From Raja brachyura (taxonomy: Eukaryota), in NCBI GenBank assembly GCA_963514005.1, contig OY740800.1, positions 17,794,001 to 17,858,000 of the forward strand: a stretch of DNA of 64,000 nt, given 5' to 3'. This document shows, piece by piece, positions 51,045 through 63,710 of the stretch. Position 1 is the stretch's first letter, and each line of letters begins with the position of its first letter. Position numbers and translations under genes: made by a program. The notes beneath the pieces are model-generated. The model had not been told where the DNA came from, searched no databases, and saw nothing but the letters and a program-made list of their open reading frames with translations.

Positions 51045-52453
51045 GTAATAAGAACTTTCACACAACTAAATGCCTAATTAACTCTTAGCTAGTATGTCAA
51101 AACATGATGTGTTTGCTATTATTATTACTTTGTATTGAGGAAACAAAAGTGCATCTGTTATGCAACTGTTCTAATATTCCATAGATTATCAATGAATAGT
51201 CCACCATAGAAGTTTGCTAGTTTGAAATTGTCAAATAGTTGAAACTTCAGTTTTACATATGTAGAAATTTAAAAACGTATTAGGAAACAAATTACGAAGC
51301 TTTGTATGAATACCCTTTTGATTAATACATCTCATTGGAGTGGAAATTCTTAAGATATGCCAATGTGATGATGATTAATTCCATGGTAGTAAACCAGAAA
51401 GTTATTTTACTCTATCAAACAATTACTGGTTCAAGGAGAGATGCCATCTTGTCTAAGCAATCAAAGATGGGAAATAAATGCTCTCTTGGCCAACAACAAG
51501 CATATCCAGGAAATAGATAAGAAAATTGAATGTCCCACTTGTATCATCAATGTTCATTCACATTTTATACTGATAAATAATTTTAATACAAAGCATTATT
51601 TTTGGATATTGATAATATTCGTATTGCCCAATTACTGAATTAGTTCTACCTCAGAATGGTTGATTATTGGTTAATTAATGGAAAGGGTTTTTTTTTTTCT
51701 GCTCCAGGTAATTCTGTAAACCTGTTTGCCAATAGATTGGTTTAAACTTACTGGATTGCTGCATTAACTTATTTTTAACTTCTCCACTTGGCTTTCAATA
51801 TATTGTATTTCTGTTCATGAAACATCCCAGTGGAAATATAATATACACCAAAATAGACGTTTGTAACAGGGTTGTTGTGCGAATCATAAGAGTGTGTGAG
51901 AAACCTTTTTACAATGTCTCAGCTGCCAATTTTCCCCTCTGGGGAAATACACCAAGACAGAGCCAAGCTCTTCAATTAACAGCATAAACAAGATAGAGGA
52001 TATGCTATATAAGGATTACTTAAACTGAATCAATGTTCTACAACTCGTTACCACAACCCATTTGTAATTAACATTATGTGCTTTCTGATAAGACTAAGTA
52101 TTTTGATTGTATTTGTCTAATTTTCTGCTTCTCTGGTTGGTTAATAAGCGACTTCCTGATATTTCAGGCAACATCTAAGGATGTCCCTTTTAAGTCGAAA
52201 CATAGGTGCTATGATTCTATAAATAAAAGCTATGTTTCCTACACTCGCAATATATTTCTGATATTTTGCTCCATTCCTTTGTCATTGGCCTTTTTATGTC
52301 GGTAAGACATTTTGGAACATCTATAAAAGGTATAAAGGGTCTATTCATTTTCTCAATCAGCTGCAGGTTAAACGTATTTTCTTTGATGACTTACATAAAT
52401 ATTTATAAATATTCCTGACAGCTGCTCAGCTTACCTCTTGGTTAAATTTACAG

Positions 52454-52551
52454 TGCGATCCTGGTGGCTGCCTTATAGAACTCACAACCCAACTGCTCAT
52501 AGTGATGGGAGGAAAAGCGATATGGAACAACATTCAAGAAGTTCTCATTCC
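52454..52551 (+). CDS. ANO6: ANO6 exon (~15), TM6
   Basis: cag|[32 protein letters not shown](P)|gtaagt; 98 nt. Confidence 0.95.
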
Positions 52552-53390
52552 GTAAGTCAATTAATTATTAAGCTCGAAGGGTAATTTTCACGTGAAAAAA
52601 ATATTTAAATGAATGTAAATAAAAATCTGCTTTAACACCCTTTATTTTGATTTCAAATATATTTAATATGCATATTTGAGAAGCTCAATGACAGTTTTGG
52701 TGTTGAATGTAGAAATTACCTTGCATATAGTGCACCTACTTCTGAGAATTCATTCGTCTCCGATAGACCCCGTATCATTCTATTTTCTATTCTGCATTCT
52801 CCAACATTGCTCCACACTCTCCCATTTCTGGTCTCTGCTGGCTACTGTGTTGTATTAGTACACTATAGATCAATCAAAATGTTTTAAAAGGCCACATTTC
52901 CCTTTTCTGCAAGTGATTGATGGACAGAGGTCTTGTGTGTGGTCTGAAGTTCTAATCCCAATGTTTTCAACTGGAAGTTCTAATAGTGTGTCACTTATGA
53001 CCATTTGTAATTTCTAAATTCAAAAATAAAAGTTATTTTTGATGGTTTTCCTTGTGGATTGTCAAACCTGCATCATGAATAACAAATAGATTCCACAATA
53101 GGAAGCTTCCAAGTTTGATTCCTAGGGTGTGGGATTTGTTGCGCATTTTTGGAGCATTATTGTTGCATATAAGATCCAAATGCTTTCATGCCTTTGCAGC
53201 ATGTGCCTTCATGTTGGCAGTGGTGTCAGCAACCTGTTGAGATATACCAGTGCAGACCTTTGGCATGCTGAAATCTAAATCCCTATGGCTTGTTGTTTTA
53301 AATCTGTACTGATATTCATCTGAAAATCAGATGCCTATATTCATCTGCAAAGTTTGACTAGTTACCAACTCCCTGCTGTTCTTTTTACAG

Positions 53391-53518
53391 GTGGTTAAAG
53401 AATCTCATAAGTCGTTGCAAGACTAAAAGCTCTGAGAATGTGCTCCCCAGATGGGAACAAGATTATCAGCTGCAATCCATATCAAAGTTGGGCTTGTTTT
53501 ACGAATACCTTGAAATGG
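53391..53518 (+). CDS. ANO6: ANO6 exon (~16)
   Basis: cag|(P)WLKNLISRCKTKSSENVLPRWEQDYQLQSISKLGLFYEYLEM(V)|gtgtg; 128 nt. Confidence 0.94.
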
Positions 53519-55120
53519 GTGTGTTTTTATACGTCATATTTAAGAATTACCTTCATGTTTATTTTAGTACAAATGAAATACTTTTTCCATTACATTAAGT
53601 CTGTTACTCATTGAGTTATTTCACCTGTAAGTTTCAATAATTATTTTCCCACATTGTTATTTGTGATAATTAGATATATTATGTTAAGCTTAAAACTGGT
53701 TCATGTGCATCGAGCATCATTGATAGGTTCTACTGGTTTGAGCCTGAGATCAAGTATCAGTATAAAGGAGATGGGATTAAATAATCACAGTAATACTTAT
53801 TCAACTCAGCACCTCTATATATGAGTCAAATGAAAGCAATTAAATGCAAATGTACAAAGAATACTTAATGGAATATTTTAAAGAGAATTTAATCTGATTG
53901 TCTATTTTATTCAATGATTCAAATGTTCTTCTGTTTCACAAGTTTCTAAAGTCTGAGGAGGTTTTATGCTTTTATATTCCCTGTGTATTTAGAAGTGCAT
54001 GTTGAAACATCCAATCCATGATGTTCCACTCATAAACATTGATGATAGACACCTCAAGCTTGCAATTTGGCATCTAGTAGAAACCTTCAGATAGATGATG
54101 CCTTATAATTAATACACTATAAGACTTGCTTTAATGATTAGTGCAGTGCCATGTTTCTGCCAGCAGATGACAACACTGATCCAAGTATAATGATTTTTAA
54201 AACTGTTCCATCAGATGTGAGAGTCATAAATGTAAGTGGCAGGTAAACAGCTACATGCCCTTGTTGGCCATCGAGAATCCATCTATGTTAATTCCATTTC
54301 CCAACACTTGGCTTGTAGCCTTCTATGCTGTAGAATTTTAAGTGCTTATCTCAATGATTCTTAAGTGCAATTAAGTTACCTGCTCCACCACCACACTCCA
54401 TCCCAGACAACAGCCTGGTAAATCTTCATTGCTTCACCTCCAGTGCAATCACCACCTTTCTATTATGTAGCCACTGAAAACCGCACGGTACTCCAGCTGC
54501 GACCTAGTTAATAGTTTATATAATTGTAAAGTAACCTACGTCCTCTTATATTCTATGAAGACACAAGAGATTGTAGATGCTGGAATCTTGAGCAACAAAC
54601 AATCTGCTGGCATCTGGGGGAGGAAAGTAATTGTCAACATTTTGGGTCAAAACCCTGCATCAGGATTTATGTTTTGTGCCATGACTAATGAAGCAAATGT
54701 CTCATGTGCCATCTTAATTACCCTAACTGCTTGTGTAGTGGTCTTTAGAAATCCTTTGGCCTGTGTTATTCTGCTGTTAGTCCCAGAAGGTCACCACTTG
54801 ATCCTGCCACCAAACCCTGCACTCTTGGACAACCCACAGCAATAATTCAATCCAGCAATCTGCACATTGTTAGGGTGCAGATGAAAACTGAAGCACGTGC
54901 ATGGGATAACTTGCAAATCTCACATATTCCAAGTATCCTTATGTAAATCTTAGCTTTATTAGTCCTCCCAAAATCTATCACTCTGCTCATTTCATTATTA
55001 AGCTCCATCTACTATTTCTCTGCACATCATATCGAACGATCAATATCATTCTTGGACAAAATCAACCCTCATCACTATCAACAACACCACAATCTGCTTA
55101 TTATCAATGAATCCTGAACA

Positions 55121-56160
55121 TCTATACATAACTAAAACTCTGATCTTGTTGACTTCCGGTTTGGCGGTCTTTCTATTTGTGCAAAAACGGTTCGTGATAG
55201 CGCTACGATTTTTCGCCAGTTCACTCACCGTTCTCCTATGCTGCGAATGCACCAAATTTCGTTCTGATCGGTTGAATGTCGTAAAAGTTAGCGATGCTTC
55301 AAAATCGTAAAAAAGGTGCGTGCGCAGATCGATCTCTTCTCCTGCCAGTCAGTGGCGTGGATTAGTCTCTTCCCCTGTCAATCCCCGGGTCAGTCCACCC
55401 CTTCCTGTGCCATCGCGGCTTTACTGAGCTGAGGATGGCCGGCGGAGGTTTCCAACCGGACTTTCGGAGGGACCCCAAGCAGCCCAGCCCAGCCCAGCCC
55501 CAAGCAGCCCAACCCTGCCTCAAGCAGCAGCCCAGCCCCAAGCAGTCCTGCCCCAAGCAGCAGCAGCCCAGCGTCAGAGACCAGACCCAGCCCTGCCGAG
55601 TGTGGGAAACCCAACCCTGCCCAGCCTAGAGTCGGAGATGGTGCCAAACGGAAAGAGGAGACTCTGATCCCGGCGGAGAACGACCAGCGCCCGCTGCGAG
55701 TCCACATCACAGCCATTCCAGCCAATTCCAGTCATTACACCTCTGGTACCCTTCGCTGGCTCTTCCCTTTCTGCCCACACACCCCCCCACCCCCCCCCCA
55801 CACACACTCCCCACACACCTCCCCCACAACCCCGCCACACCCCCCACACACCTCGCCGCCCTAACCCTAACCCCCTGACACACACCCCTCCTACCCCACA
55901 ACACCACAACCCCCCCTCCCCCACACTACCCTCTCCACTCCTACACCTCCCCGTCCACACACACCCCTCCTCCCCTCTCACACATGATGAGCTGTGCCTG
56001 CGCAGTTAGCAACTATGGGTGAGTGGTGGAATATTGTTTTGGGGGAACGGGTTGCGTTGGGGGAACGGGTGAGTGGTGGAATATTGCGTTGGGGAATGGG
56101 TTGCATTGGGGGACCAGACCTCCTTTGTGACTGGGACCCAACGGATCCCACTTAGTCTAG
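55121..56160 (+). mobile_element. Non-autonomous Helitron (1040 bp)
   Basis: 5' TC (a|tctatacataactaaaa) and 3' CTAG|t. Subterminal hairpin tgggaccc-aac-ggatccca (56132-56150). Inserted at A|T with no TSD. Sharp GC shift relative to the flanks. Confidence 0.8.
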
Positions 56161-56550
56161 TACTTCCAATTTACTTAAGAAAGGTATTGACCCAAAACGT
56201 CACCTATCCATGTGCTCCAGTGATATTGTCTAACCTGCGGAGTTACTCCAGTACTTTGTATCTCTTTGTGTTTTAAACAGCATCTGCAATTCTTGGTTTC
56301 TCCTATTTACTTTTTTTCTTCATAATCTCAAATCCAGCCTTGCACAGCAGTGCGGTAACACCCTATGCATGTTTAATTCCCAAACTGTCCAGGTTAATCA
56401 CAAATGCAAGAAATTCCTTTTTTATTTAGGATCCAGACGATCAGAAGATTTACTATTTCCTCCCACAGTAATTGTTCATGAAATAGAGAAAACAATACAA
56501 ATAATTTTGGGGCATTAAGAATTTACTTTAATTTTTTGTTCTTTTTACAG

Positions 56551-56756
56551 TGATTCAGTTTGGATTTGCCACAATCTTTGTGGCATCATTTCCCCTGGCA
56601 CCCTTACTGGCACTGATCAATAACATCATTGAAATTCGAGTAGATGCATGGAAAATAACTACTCAGTTTCGACGCATTCTTCCAGCCAAAGCACAAGACA
56701 TTGGAGCCTGGCTGCCAATTCTCAATGGAGTGGCTATTTTTGCTGCTGTAACAAAC
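56551..56756 (+). CDS. ANO6: ANO6 exon (~17), TM7-TM9
   Basis: cag|(V)[34 protein letters not shown]...[22 protein letters not shown]|gtgagt; 206 nt. Confidence 0.95.
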
Positions 56757-57557
56757 GTGAGTCGAGCCTTTGAGTCAGGAAAAGGTCAAGATGCGGAAAT
56801 GGTGGATATGTTGACAAATTATTTTGTATTGGTATTTACCTTAGAGGAAGAGAGCAGCACAGCTAATCTTTTTAGAAAAAATAATATTGAATCTGGGATG
56901 GAAACTTGTCAAAATCCAAGTAATTTGATTGTAATGAAGAAATTAGTGGCACTAAATACTTGGGGTGGAAGGAATTGTTACATGGGAGAAAGATTAAACA
57001 GATTGGGCTAATACTCTCAGGTTTTAGAATGAGTGGTGATCTCATTGAAATGTTCCATCTTCTTTCAGGGCTCAAGAGGGTAGAAGCAGAGATGAATTTT
57101 TCTCTGTGGTAGAACTAAGGGTCACAATGAATCAGCCATCTTGGATTGAGATGAGAAGAAGCTCCTTAAATCAAGCACTCTGCTTAACTGGATGCTCAGT
57201 TGCTGGTTATGCATGAAAAAGAGGTCAATACGTATTTGTATAACAAAGGAATGAAGGGACAGGTTTAGTACAAGCAAAAGATCACTACTGAATTCATGGT
57301 GGCAAACCACTAAAAGAGATGAGTTGGCCATACCTGATCCTATTTCTTTTGTTCTGAAAAAAGTAACCAAATCTCCATCATCATGGTTATAAAGGAAGTG
57401 TATGAGAATCTTAAGATGTAGAGGGAATAATCTTCCAGAATTTAGATCAGCCAAGTTACATTCATTTGATTTAATATTTGTACCTACTACAGCACTGCTC
57501 CAGAGTGATTCAAGAGGAAATCAAGAAATCTAACCTCTGTGGTAGAATCAATGATTA

Positions 57558-58428
57558 CGAATGAATGAATAAGTTTTTTGGCCAAGTATGTACACATACA
57601 AGGGATTTTCCTTGGTGTTCTGCTCGCAAGTAACAACACGTCATACAGTAATAACAATTAAGAATGACGCATAAAACATTAAACGCTAATAATGATATAT
57701 TACAGTTTAAACATGTGAATGAAATAAAATACCAGAGCAAAATGAGGCAACAGACTTTTGGTTATTGAATAGAGCCACCACTCATGGAAAAAAGCTGTTT
57801 TTGTGTCTGGCTGTGGTGGCTTTGACAGTCCGGAGTCGCCTTCCAGAGAGAAGTGATTCAAAGAGTTTGTGGCCAGGGTGAGAGGGGTCAGAGATGATCT
57901 TACCCGCTCGCTTCCTGACCCTTGCAGTGTACAGTTTGTCAATTGGGGGAAGGTTGCAGCCAACAACCTTCTCAGCTGATTGGACGATTCGCTGCAGCCT
58001 CCGGATGTCGTGCTTGGTGGCTGAGCCAAACCAGACCATGATAGAGAAGGTGAGGACAGACTCTATGATGGCAATATAGAATTGGACCATCATTGCCTGT
58101 GGCAGATTGTGTTTTCTCAGCTGCCGCAGGAAGTACATCCTCTGTTGGACCTTTTTGACTATGGAGTCGGTGGTGCCCCCCCCATTTCAGGTCCTTGGAG
58201 ATGATGGTTCCAAGGAACTTAAATGGCTCCACAGATGTGACTGAAGTGTTGATGATGGTGAGTGGGGGGAGGGGAGGGGGAGCTCTCCTATAGTCTACAA
58301 TCAATTCCACTGTCTTAAGAGCATTGAACTCCAGGTTGTTATGAAGTCGCCAGGACGCCAGCTGTGTCACTTCCTGTCTGTAGGCAGTTCCTCCCCATCC
58401 TGGATCAGTCCAATCAGGGTTGTGTCAT
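57558..58428 (-). mobile_element. Rex1/Babar-like LINE 3' portion
   Basis: NALKTVELIVDYR, FKFLGTII, YFLRQLRK..IESVLT..DPSHPGHKLF..SGRR..NSFFP, with an (ATTC)n tail. Confidence 0.87.
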
Positions 58429-58448
58429 TGGGATAACACTAACACTAG

Positions 58449-59523
58449 CAAGTTTGTGGATGACACAAAGCTGGGTGGCAGTGTGAACTGTGAAGGGGTT
58501 ATTAGGAGGTTGCAGGGTGACCTGGACAAGTTGAGTGAGTGGGCAGATGCAGTATAATATAGATAAATGTGAGGTTATCCACTTTGGCGGCAAAAACAAG
58601 GGGGCAGATTATTATCTCAATGGGGTTAGGTTAGGTAATGGGGACGTGCAGCGAGACCTGGGTGTCCTTCTTCTTCTTCTTGCGTATGGCGTGCACAGCC
58701 TAAAGTTGTAGGATAACTTGCTCTATTTGATCTTATTTGATTGTGTACGCCGGGTTGATTGCATTTGTCGAAACAGGGCGGATCGCATGAAGGTTGCAAT
58801 TTTCCACCCCTGGGTGTCCTTGTACACCGGTCACTGAAAGTTGGCGTGCAGGTACAGCAGGCAGTGAAGAAAGTTAATGGAATCTTGGCCTTCATAACAA
58901 GACGATTTCAGTATAGGAGTAAAGAGGTTCTTCTGCAGTTGTATAGGGCTCTGGTAAGATCACATCTGGAGTATTGTGTACCGTTTTGGTTTCTAATTTG
59001 AGGAAGGGCATTTTTGTGATTGAGGCAATGCAGCGTAGGTTCATGAAATTGATCACTAGGATGGCGGGACTGTCATATGAGGAAAGATTGAAAAGACTAG
59101 GCTTGTATTCACTGGAGTTTATGAGGATCAGGGGGATTTTATAGAACCATATCAAATTATAAAAGGACTGGACAAGCTAGATGCAGGAAAAATGGTCCCA
59201 ATGTTGGGCAAGTCCAGAACCAGGGCCCACAGTCTTAGAATAAAGAGGAGGCAATTTAAGACTGAGGTGAGAAAAAACTTTTTCACCCAGAGAGTTGTGA
59301 ATTTGTGGAATTCCCTGCCACAGAGGGCTGTGGAGGCCAAATCACTGGATGGATTTAAGAGAGAGTTAGACAGGGCTCTAGGGGCTAGTGGAATTAAGGG
59401 ATATGGGGAGAAGGCAGGCACGGGTTATTGATTTGGGACGATCAGCCTTGATCACAATGAATGGCAGTGCTGGCTCGAAGGGCCGAATGGCCTCCTCCTG
59501 CACCTATTTTCTATGTTTCCATG
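58449..59523 (+). mobile_element. CR1 LINE 3' portion, interrupted at 58670-58808
   Basis: KFVDDTKL, QLYRALVRSHLEYCV, RVVNLWNSLPQRAV, 3' UTR. Confidence 0.92.
58670..58808 (-). mobile_element. 139-bp retroposon with (GAA)n tail and 13-bp TSD
   Basis: Perfect TSD cctgggtgtcctt at 58657-58669 and 58809-58821. (CTT)n at the left end. Confidence 0.8.
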
Positions 59524-59773
59524 ATAAAGAATAGAGCGACTGAATATTCCCTGATTTGAAGGAGACAATATGGATTTGTTACGATTAATTTATTTTTGAG
59601 TACTTTAACTTAACTTTTTTGAAGGGATGATGAAATGAATGGGCAGGGAGATGATATCTAAAAGAACTTGTCAATTTCTTATAAAACAGTTAATTAAAGT
59701 AGAAACTCAAGCAATCGAAGACAGATTATTGATCTGATTAATAAATTTACAGTGGCAAGATCACAATCACTAT

Positions 59774-60815
59774 AATACTTTATTAGCCAAGCATGTTTTG
59801 CAACATACGAGGAATTTCATTTGCCATGTCAGTCACACAAATAAAAAGCAAAGGAACACACAAAACACATTTTAACGTAAACATCCATCACTCCTCCACA
59901 TTCATCTCTGTGATGGAAGGTGATTAAAAAGTTCAATCTCTTCCCTCTGCTGTCCCGTGGTCGGGGGCCTCGAGCCCTCCGTTGACGGGATGATCTTGAC
60001 ACCCGTAGCCAGCAGCGGGCCCACTGTGTTGAGGCGATCTGCTCATGCATTGGGGGGATTCTCCCCCTGTGCCGGATGATCAAACCTCTCGTCGGGGCTG
60101 GTCGAACCTTCTGCGACGTTGGAGCTCCCGACATCCACGGCCTCTCTCGAGACTGCGAGCTCCCGATGTAATAGCCACTGTTGGAACGATCCGAGGCAAG
60201 GGATCGACTCCGATGTAAGTCCACACCCCGCGGTGGGATCCAAGGTCAGTTCGAGGAGGCCTCCAGCTACATCAATGGTAGGCCGCAGAGTGACCGGAGA
60301 ATGCGATCCGAAAGTAAATTGCTTTTCCGGCATGGTAAGAAACTGGAAAAAAAAAATCCCCCTCCCCCTCCCTCCACATAAAACAAACCTGAGAACATTT
60401 CCACAAACTTCACACACACTAAAAATAAAAAAAACATGGAAAAACAGACTGTTGGCGGGGTGCCAATCGAACAGCGCTTCTAGTGGTGATGCAGTGGGGA
60501 TCCAGGAAGGCATCGCCCGCTGCGCGGTGAATCCCGCGCCGCCGCTGCCGAACCTCTGGTCTGGTCCCCGGTCTCAGGGAGGAAATGCCGCTCTGATCCA
60601 GTGGTCGGCTGTAAAGAGGGGGTGTGAGGATGCGACACGGAGAAATAGTTGCATCCTCGCCAGGAAGCGACTAGGAAACGGTTTCCCCCTTACCCTACCC
60701 CCCTCCCCCACATAGAAAAACTAAAGAATCCCCAAAACAAACAGTTTAGACAAACTAAAATTTTAAAAAAAGAGGGGAAAAAACGGACAGGCCTTCAATG
60801 CAGCACCCCTAGTGG
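59774..60815 (-). mobile_element. Unclassified GC-rich composite repeat with LINE-like 3' tail
   Basis: Left end resembles the Rex1-like tail at ~57570-57630. Two related modules end in ctagtgg (60480-60486, 60809-60815). Confidence 0.45.
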
Positions 60816-61158
60816 AGAAGGCTGGAGAATGGGGTTGAGAGGGAAAGATAGATCAGCCATGATTGAATGGCATAGTAAACTTGATGGGCCGAATGGCCTA
60901 ATTCTGCTCCTACAAATAATGAACATGAACCTACTGTTTAATACACGGAACAAAAGTCATGAGTTTTAAATTTTGTTTACAAATGCATTTAAGACTAGGG
61001 ACATACTTAAAATGTAACTCAATTATTTCCTATTGTTTATATTTTATAGGAGATTACCAAGTTTTATAGAAAGAAATATAGGAGAGCCATTTATGTTTTA
61101 TATTGTTTTTTGCAATTTATAATTTAATGTAACACTCATCCTTTTTTTGTGTTAATAG

Positions 61159-61370
61159 GCATTGATCATTGCATTTACTTCTGATATGATACCGAGGCTT
61201 GTTTACTACTGGACGCTATCAGTGGAACCCTATGGAGAGTACAGCGGCCCAACGATGCGTGGTTACACCAATAGTACCCTCTCTGTTTTCAGAATCACTG
61301 ACTTCAGTAATATCAGCAAGCCCATCAAATTCCCTCCTTGGTTTGACCCTGAAACCCATACCACTTGCAG
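61159..61370 (+). CDS. ANO6: ANO6 exon (~18)
   Basis: tag|ALIIAFTSDMIPRLVYYW...MRGYTNSTLSVF...THTTC(R)|gttggt; 212 nt. Confidence 0.94.
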
Positions 61371-61472
61371 GTTGGTGCTTCCATTAGTACAATAAACGAT
61401 TCTCCCAGAAAATAGCAGGGACACATCTCATAGTGAATCGTCCACGTTCGCTGAAATGTGAATTAATAATTC

Positions 61473-61778
61473 AGTTTTGTTTAGTTTCAAGATACAGCGT
61501 GAAAACAGGCCCTTCGGCCCACCGAGTCCACGCCGACCTGCGATCCCTGCACACTAACATTATCCTACACACGAGGGACAATTTACAATTATACCAGGCC
61601 AATTAATCTACAAACCTGAACGTCTTTGGAGTGTGAGAGGAAACCGGAGCTTCGGGAGAAAGCCCACTTAGGTCACAGGCAGAATGCACAAACTCCATAG
61701 AGACAGCATCCGTAGTCAAGATTGAACCCGGGTCTCTGGTGCTGTATGGCAGCAACTCTACTGCTGTAACACCGCACC
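61473..61778 (-). mobile_element. HE1/V-SINE-like SINE
   Basis: Tail, core and head (gccatacagcaccagagacccgggttcaatcttgact on -). Confidence 0.82.
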
Positions 61779-63354
61779 AATAAACTAATAATTTTTTGGT
61801 GGTGTATTCTGAAATGTCTATTTCTATTTTTAGGAATGAGATGGCCCTAAGGTTATATCTCGTTTGATGGAGATTTAGACCCTGATATTCATGGAGTTTG
61901 AGGTTTCAAATGGAGGAGGGATTATGGCTGGCAATCTGGACTTGCAGGGTTTCCCACCTGGAAGTCAGCCATATCGGTGACTTATATGGCATATGAACAT
62001 AAAAAATTAGGAGGAGGAGTCGTCGATTTGGCACCTCAATCTTGCTTTGCATCTCAATAGGACCATGGCTGGCTTGTCTCAGTTCTGATCTACACTGGCA
62101 GGAAGGAAACTGTTCTAGAGAAACCGAGTGAAAGATAGAGTTTAAAAGGGGTATGGGAAGGAATATGCTTGCAAGAATCAGATGTAATCACAGTGTAGTT
62201 CGGAATTCAAGGGAAGATTTGTGGTGGATCAGAGGTTCTATGTCAGTGATGGGGGGACGAGGGTTGAAGGAAAATCACGAAAAATTTGGGATGTTTCCAG
62301 ATAAGCATCTTTAACCTAAAGCAAACATTTCTGAGCCCCATGATAGTTTTGTAAATGTATTTGCCTAATAGATTTGGCTTTTCTATCATCTTATTTCCCA
62401 ATGCCCCAAAATCTGGACAAAATCTTGGTAGGTATTGGGGTAATTGCAAAGAGAATGAAAAAAAATACGGAACACAGTACATGGTAGAGATTGAGGGGTT
62501 TTGGTACATAGTTCCTTGAAAGTCGTGAACAGATGTGAACAAGGTGTTTGGCACACATGCCTTTAATCAGGGTATCAAGTGCAGGAGTTGAGACATCATT
62601 TTACAGCTGTACAGATGTTGTTAAAGACCCTACTATAGAAAGGATGTCATTAAACTGGAAAGGGTGTAAAAAAGAATTAAGAGGATATTACCAGGTCTTG
62701 AGATTTTGAGCTATAAGGAGAAGCTGGATATAATAAAAGAGGCATACAGCACAGAATCACACTGACCAAGATATCCCATCTAAGCCAGTTCCATTTGCCT
62801 TATTTGACCCATAATCTTTCCTATCCATATACCTCAACTATGTCCTCGGGCAGCTGTTCCATATACCCACCGTCCTCTGTGTGGAAAAGGTTGCCCCTTC
62901 CGTTCCTATTAAATCTTCCCCCTCTCACCTTAAACTTATGCCCTCTTCTTAAACCCCCTACGGTTCAATAAAGAGTAAGTGCATTCACCTTAAAGACCCA
63001 AACTTCAGTACAGCAGGGTGCTGCTGTCACACCCATTGTGCTCCAAAATTGTATTTGATATCCATTTTATGTAGTCTGTGAGATTCAAACTTACAGAAAA
63101 TGTAATTCAACCTGGGGCTGTGGTTGAATGTCTCAAAGTATTTTGGTGGGATAGATATTTGTAGGGTCTTATTGATCAAATGGCTTCTTATTGATCAGGT
63201 ATTTGTGGCAGAGAACCTACTCCACCCGTGTGAATTTAGCAGATAGTCAACTACCATGGGCAGTAAGCAGATAAGCGGTAATTTCGGGTCATTTTCTTTT
63301 CAACAGCTATAATGGGAAGGAAATGTATATTTCCTTGTATATTGTATATTGACT

Positions 63355-63710
63355 CTAAATGGAGTCAAGTTGGGAAAAGGGGAAGTACAACGGGATCTGG
63401 GGTCCTTGTTCATCAGTCACTGAAAGTAAGCATGCAGGTACAGCAGGCAGTGAAGAAAGCAAATAGCATGTTGGCCTTCATAACAAGAGGAGTATAGGAG
63501 CAAAGAGATCCTTCTGCAGTTGTACAGGGCCCTAGTGAGACCACATCTGGAATATCGTGCACAGTTTTGGTCTCCCAATCTGAGGAAGGACATTCTTGCT
63601 ATTGAGGGAGTGCAGCGTAGGTTCACCAGTTTAATTCCCGGGATTGCGGGACTGTCATATGTTGATAGAACGGAGCGGCTAGGCTTGTACACTCTAGAAT
63701 TTAGAAGGAT
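63355..63710 (+). mobile_element. CR1 LINE fragment, interrupted at 63711
   Basis: YRALVRPHLEYRAQFWSPNLRKDILAIEGVQRRFT...LEFRRM. Confidence 0.88.

Larger units (their letters stand above)
19331..61370 (+). other. ANO6: Anoctamin-6 (TMEM16F) gene, partial: 16 exons, extends beyond these limits
   Basis: All exons are bounded by AG/GT and join in one open frame. Exon sizes 66, 116, 135, 106, 61, 143, 78, 170, 98 and 206 match recalled vertebrate ANO6. ANO6-type motifs are DGQRRIDF, EATRS, PATRSRIV, FQFVNYYSSCFY and [13 protein letters not shown]. Ca2+-site motifs YEYLEM and EIRVD are intact. Confidence 0.9.

Noticed and set aside
55859-55873. Telomere-like (CCCTAA)2.5
   Set aside because: Too short to be an interstitial telomere, and embedded in a C/A-rich tract.
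56757-57011. ORF 56550-57011 continuing past the ANO6 exon
   Set aside because: A strong donor lies at 56757, and the extension is a CR1-like remnant ([13 protein letters not shown]).
60043-60715. 156- and 198-aa ORFs
   Set aside because: Inside a GC-rich repeat, with no domain motifs.
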